64,000 bases of DNA from a virus. Location of the stretch: IMG/VR virus record IMGVR_UViG_3300049043_000188, positions 1 to 64,000 of that record. The stretch is one strand, 5' to 3'. Positions 58,831-64,000 of the stretch are shown here, one piece after another. The notes beneath the pieces were generated by a model. It did no database searches, was not told where the DNA came from, and saw nothing but the letters and a program-made list of their open reading frames with translations. The position numbers and the translations under genes were made by a program. Positions within the stretch are counted from its first letter, which is position 1. Each line of letters opens with the position of its first letter.

Positions 58831-60476
58831 ATGAGTGACGTATATCTCGGCAATCCACTTCTAAAAAAGCAAATACACCAATTCAATTTACAGAAGAACA
58901 AATTATAGAATTTGTTAAATGCAAAGACGATCCCGTGTATTTTGCTAAAAACTATGTTCAAATAGTTACTTTAGATCATGGATTACAACCTTTTAGAATG
59001 TATCCATTCCAAGAGAAGTTAGTCGAGAGGTTTCATAAACATAGATTTAACATCTGCAAGATGCCCCGACAAACGGGAAAATCTACAACTGTTGTTTCTT
59101 TTCTTTTACATTATGCAGTATTTAATGACAATGTAAATATTGGTATTCTTGCAAACAAAGCAGCAACAGCAAGAGAACTTTTAGATCGTTTGCAAACAGC
59201 ATATGAAAATCTACCAAAATGGATGCAGCAGGGAATTATCTCTTGGAACAAAGGTTCTTTGGAATTGGAAAATGGAAGTAAAATCTTGGCTGCTTCTACT
59301 TCTGCTTCTGCGGTTCGTGGTATGTCTTTCAATATCCTCTTTTTGGACGAATTTGCGTTCGTTCCAAATCACATCGCAGATTCTTTCTTTGCATCGGTTT
59401 ATCCTACGATTACTGCAGGTAAAAATACAAAGGTAATTATTGTTTCCACACCACACGGTATGAATCATTTTTACCGTATGTGGCATGATGCTGAACGAGG
59501 TAAAAATGAATATATTTTTACAGATGTTCATTGGAGCGAAGTTCCTGGAAGAGATGAGGTATGGAAAGCACAAACTATAGCAAACACTTCAGAACAACAA
59601 TTCAAAGTTGAATTTGAGTGTGAATTTCTAGGATCGGTTGATACTCTTATTGCACCAAGTAAACTTAGAAATCTTGTATATGATGCTCCTAAGACCCGTA
59701 GTGCTGGTTTAGATGTTTATGAGGATCCTATAAAAGATCACGATTACCTTATCACTGTAGACGTTGCTAGAGGTGTAGGAAATGATTACTCAGCTTTCAC
59801 TGTAGTTGATATAACACAATTTCCTCATAAAGTTGTAGCAAAATATAGAAACAATGAAATCAAACCAATGCTATTTCCAAGTGTCATAGAAGAAATTGGT
59901 AAAAGTTATAATGAGGCATATATTCTATGTGAAGTAAATGATGTTGGAGACCAGGTTGCTAGTATTCTTCAATACGATTTAGAATATAAAAATCTTTTAA
60001 TGTGCTCTATGAGGGGAAGAGCAGGACAAATTGTAGGGCAAGGATTTTCTGGAAAGAAAACTCAACTTGGAGTTAAAATGTCCAAAACTGTAAAAAAAGT
60101 TGGATGTTTAAACCTCAAAACAATGATTGAGGAAGATAAGTTATATCTAAATGATTATGAAATAATATCGGAACTTACAACATTTATTCAAAAACATAAT
60201 TCATTTGAGGCAGAGGAGGGATGCAATGATGATCTTGCAATGTGCCTTGTAATTTATGCGTGGTTAGTTGCTCAAGATTATTTCAAAGAACTTACTGATC
60301 AAGATGTTAGAAAAAGATTATATGAAGAGCAAAAAAATCAAATTGAACAAGATATGGCGCCATTTGGGTTTGTTTCTGATGGATTAGATGATACTAGTTT
60401 TGTAGACGGCGACGGAGATAGATGGTTTGTGGACGAATACGGAGATCGTTCTTATATGTGGGAATACTTATCATAA
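58831..60476 (+). CDS. gp17: terminase large subunit gp17 (5' frameshift)
   Basis: YLGNPLLK, PRQTGKST Walker A, LFLDEFAF Walker B, DVARG, NDDLAMCL. Confidence 0.97.
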
Positions 60477-60706
60477 TGGAATTGGACAAACAAATAAAAT
60501 TAGGGCATTTGTTACTTGTAGATAGAAAATGTAGAGTATGTAATGAAGTGAAAAATTTAATAGACGGATTTTATCAAACTCGCAAAAATAAAGGACACGT
60601 ATCTTCTTCATATTCATATGAATGTAAAGAATGCACAACAAAAAGAATAATTAATTCAAGAAAAAATAATAAATTTACATCTAAATGGGAATATCCTGAC
60701 TGGTAA
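60476..60706 (+). CDS. small zinc-finger protein
   Basis: CRVC...CKEC; ends WEYPDW. Confidence 0.7.
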   Translation: MELDKQIKLGHLLLVDRKCRVCNEVKNLIDGFYQTRKNKGHVSSSYSYECKECTTKRIINSRKNNKFTSKWEYPDW

Positions 60707-60789
60707 ATTGTTCACTACATATTTCCCGTGTGTAAAGTACATTTTTAATAAATATTTTTTAGATAAACTGAGATTTAACGGAGAAAAAC

Positions 60790-62972
60790 ATGGCGACTCC
60801 TCAATTATCTCCTGGTGTATTAGTCAGGGAGGTTGATTTAACGGTAGGAAGAGCTGATAATGTTTTAGATAACATTGGTGCAATTGCAGGACCTTTCCCA
60901 ATTGGACCAGTTGATTACCCAATTGATATCACTACAGAGCAAGATCTTATTAATGTTTTTGGTAAACCCATCTCAACAGATGCTCAGTATGAGTATTGGA
61001 TGAGTGCATCATCTTACCTATCATATGGTGGGGTCTTAAAAGTTGTGAGAACAAGTGGTTCAACCTTGAACAATGCTAATGCTGGAGTTGGAATCGCATC
61101 AACAACTAGTTTACAAATAGATAATTACGACGATTATACAAATAATCATTCTGATGCAACAAACTATACATATTCAACTAAAAATCCAGGATCTTGGGGA
61201 AATGGTCTTAAAGTTTGCTTTATCGATGATCTAGCAGATCAAACTTTAGGTATTACGACAACAAGTCTTGTTTCCCTTGGTGCTACAGTTGGATATGGTG
61301 TAACCGTAGCATTAAGTAATGTAGTAATTGCAGGTTCTGGAAGCACTTCAACTTTTACAGGATACTTAAAAGGTATTATTACTGGAGTTACCACTGATTC
61401 AACAAATTCAAACAGCACAATTGACGTAAAGATCGTCTCAAGAGTTTCTAGTGCAGGAACTGAAACAAAAATTGATTATGCTGAAGGATCAACAATTGCT
61501 GCTTTTACTGCTTCTAGTACAATTAGATTTATCAATAATTCTGGGGCACAATCTGGAACTGCAACAGTTGCCTCTGTTTCTGACTGGTATGGAAATCAAA
61601 CTCTCGGATTAACAAACTCAACTGTATATTGGAAATCAATTGCACCAAAACCAGTTTCTACCAGATATTCTATTGATAGAAATGGTGAAGGTGATGGTCT
61701 TCATATTGCAGTTGTTGATGACCTAGGTACTATTACTGGAAATCAAGGAACAATTATTGAAAAGCATCTTGGACTTTCAAAAGCATTAGATGCTATTTCT
61801 GCAGTTAATTCTCCTCAAAAGATTTGGTATAAACAATATCTTGCAGATTTTTCTGCCCAAATTTATGCAGGAAATAATCCATCTAGTGCTGCTGACTCTT
61901 ATTGGGGAACAACACCAAGAGCAACTGGATTTTCTACTGCCTTTACTGCAATAACAACAGCAGGTGGTCTTTGGGGTCAAAATGCACAAGACATAACATT
62001 TAATGCAATTGGAAATAAAACTTATACTCTGAGTGGTGGTGTTGATTATTCTGCCTCAGGTGGGATGAAGGCAACTCTTGGAAATTTAACTACTTCATAC
62101 AATCTTTTCTCAAATAGAGACGAAATTCAAGTAGATTATTTAATTATGGGTCCTGGTTTAGATTCTGAATCTGATTCACAAGCAAAAGCAAATTATCTAA
62201 TTTCTCTTGCAGGAAACAGACAAGATTGTATGGCTGTATTGGACCTCATAGAGCAAACTTAATTGGAATTACAAATACCACAACACAAACAACAAATCTT
62301 ATTAAGTACTTTAGTCCACTTTCATCTTCATCATATGCAGTCTTTGATAGTGGATATAAGTATACTTACGATAGATTTAACAACAAGTTTGTTTATATTC
62401 CTTGCAATGCTGATATTGCCGGATTAATGACCAGAACAAATATCGTTGCATATCCTTGGTTCTCTCCTGCTGGTCAGCAAAGAGGAATTTTAAATAATGC
62501 TATCAAACTTGCGTACAATCCAAGCAAGGCGCAAAGAGATCAACTTTACCCATTGAGAATTAATTCAATTGTAACTCAACCTGGAATTGGAACTCTTCTG
62601 TTTGGCGATAAAACTGCTCTTGCTTATGCATCAGCATTTGATAGAATTAATGTTCGTCGTTTGTTCTTAACTATCGAACAGTCACTTCAAAGAGCTGCTC
62701 AAGCACAACTCTTTGAACTAAATGATGAACTTACAAGAGCAAACTTTAAGAATATTGTTGAACCTTACCTCCGTGATGTTCAAGCAAAGAGAGGATTGTA
62801 TGGATTCCTAGTTGTCTGCGATACATCAAACAATACTCCTGATGTGATTGATAATAATGAATTTAGAGCAGACATTTATCTGAAGCCTGCTAAGTCAATT
62901 AATTATGTAACTTTAACTTTTGTTGCTACGAGAACTGGTATCTCGTTTGAAGAAGTAGCAGGGACAGTTTGA
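60790..62972 (+). CDS. gp18: tail sheath protein gp18 (frameshift near 62240)
   Basis: LSPGVLVREVDLT; PWFSPAG..RG; SAFDRINVRRLF; late promoter 60747-60754. Confidence 0.96.
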
Positions 62973-63004
62973 TTTAATTAAAACACAACAAGGAGGACTC
63001 AAAA

Positions 63005-63574
63005 ATGGCACACACTATTCAGGATTTTAAAACTGCACTTAAAGGAGGCGGTGCTCGCCCCAATCTATTTGAGGTTGTTCTAACAAATTTTCCAGGTGGC
63101 GCAGCGTTTGATTCCACAGAATTTTCAGTTCTGTGCAAAGCAGCAAACTTACCCGCATCAAACATTGCATCAATTGATGTTCCCTTTAGAGGCAGAACCT
63201 TTAAGGTAGCAGGTGATCGTACATTTGATACTTGGCAAATCACCGTTATTAACGATGAAGACTTCAAGATTAGAACTGCAATGGAATCTTGGATGCAATT
63301 TGTTGGGCAATATGCAGATGGAAGTGGTGCAACCAGTCCAAATACTTATATGGTAGATGCTCTTGTTAAACAATTAAAGAGACTTCCAAGTAATGTTGGC
63401 GGAAACAATGCAACTGGATCAGGACTAGATATTGCTAAGCAGTATAAATTCTATAGCATTTTCCCAACCAACATCTCTGCTATTGATCTTTCATATGATA
63501 CTGCAGACACAATTGAAGAATTTACTGTAGAATTCCAAGTTCAATACTGGACTCCATATACAGGAGAAAATTGA
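63005..63574 (+). CDS. gp19: tail tube protein gp19
   Basis: GGGARPNLFEV, VPFRGR..KVAGDRTFDTW, IEEFTVEFQVQYW. Confidence 0.96.
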   Translation: MAHTIQDFKTALKGGGARPNLFEVVLTNFPGGAAFDSTEFSVLCKAANLPASNIASIDVPFRGRTFKVAGDRTFDTWQITVINDEDFKIRTAMESWMQFVGQYADGSGATSPNTYMVDALVKQLKRLPSNVGGNNATGSGLDIAKQYKFYSIFPTNISAIDLSYDTADTIEEFTVEFQVQYWTPYTGEN

Positions 63575-63609
63575 TAGAATAAATATATTAAAGAATCAAA
63601 AAATAAATT

Positions 63610-64000
63610 ATGGCAAAGTTGTTTGGATTTTCTATTGAAGATAGTGAATCAATATCTCCAGGTGTAGTTTCTCCCGTTGCTCCTAATAATGAGGACGGGA
63701 GTGATTTTTATTTAACAAGTGGATTTTTTGGGTCATATGTAGACATTGAGGGTGTTTATAGAACCGAATTTGATTTAATTAAAAGATATCGTGAAATGGC
63801 ACTTCATCCAGAGTGCGATAGTGCCATTGAAGACATTGTAAACGAAGCAATTGTAAGTGATACAAATGACAGTCCTGTATCAATTGAGTTGTCAAATCTC
63901 AATGCAAGCGATGGAATAAAGAAAAAAATTAGAGAAGAATTTAAACATATTCTAGAACTATTAGATTTTGATAGGAAGTCACACGAAATCTATAGAAACT
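63610..64000 (+). CDS. gp20: portal protein gp20 (5' part; runs off the window)
   Basis: MAKLFGFSI...LIKRYREMALHPECDSAIEDIVNEAIV; late promoter 63578-63585. Confidence 0.95.
   Translation, partial: MAKLFGFSIEDSESISPGVVSPVAPNNEDGSDFYLTSGFFGSYVDIEGVYRTEFDLIKRYREMALHPECDSAIEDIVNEAIVSDTNDSPVSIELSNLNASDGIKKKIREEFKHILELLDFDRKSHEIYRN

Noticed and set aside
58831-60476. Intein or intron in the terminase large subunit
   Set aside because: Length (~550 aa) and motifs are contiguous, with no insertion
31511-62972. Split structural genes as programmed frameshifts, pseudogenes or stop-codon recoding
   Set aside because: Breaks are scattered frame changes in essential genes (gp8, gp13, gp17, gp18), not in-frame stops, which fits sequencing indels
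1047-63373. Minus-strand ORFs in the supplied track (e.g. 16904-17740, 20571-21239, 13060-13737)
   Set aside because: Antisense shadows of well-supported + strand genes with no recognisable motifs
1-64000. Diversity-generating retroelement, retron or auxiliary photosynthesis genes
   Set aside because: No reverse transcriptase motif, no template/variable repeat pair and no psbA/hli-like ORF recognised

Overview
64 kb of a T4-like myovirus genome. The gene order gp25-gp6-gp7-gp8-DUF4815/VrlC-like-gp13-14-15-16-17-18-19-20 and the small conserved ORFs resemble cyanomyoviruses (Kyanoviridae); the host is inferred, as no photosynthesis gene lies in the window. Nearly all genes are on the + strand. 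Many genes are broken by single-base indels that look like long-read errors, so merged coordinates are given. Three zones: (1) 1-25.2 kb, an accessory region of small genes in cassettes, each headed by one of about 15 copies of a promoter element with no -35 box (24-bp inverted repeat TGTGCCAC-N8-GTGGCACA, 29-31 nt, then a -10 box). It holds two tRNAs, a putative type II restriction-modification pair, an SF2 helicase, an ArdA-like protein, and a late-promoter island of basic proteins carrying T4 capsid-targeting-like motifs (KTFxEF..E), one a clear GNAT acetyltransferase. (2) About 25.2-26.5 kb, mostly non-coding, with divergent promoters, direct repeats and hairpins (origin or ncRNA candidate). 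(3) 27-64 kb, the baseplate, neck, packaging and tail module. Best leads: the palindrome-promoter cassette array, the putative head-packaged polyprotein/effector set, the repeat-bounded R-M cassette and the non-coding locus. Family calls come from motif recognition only; no searches were run.
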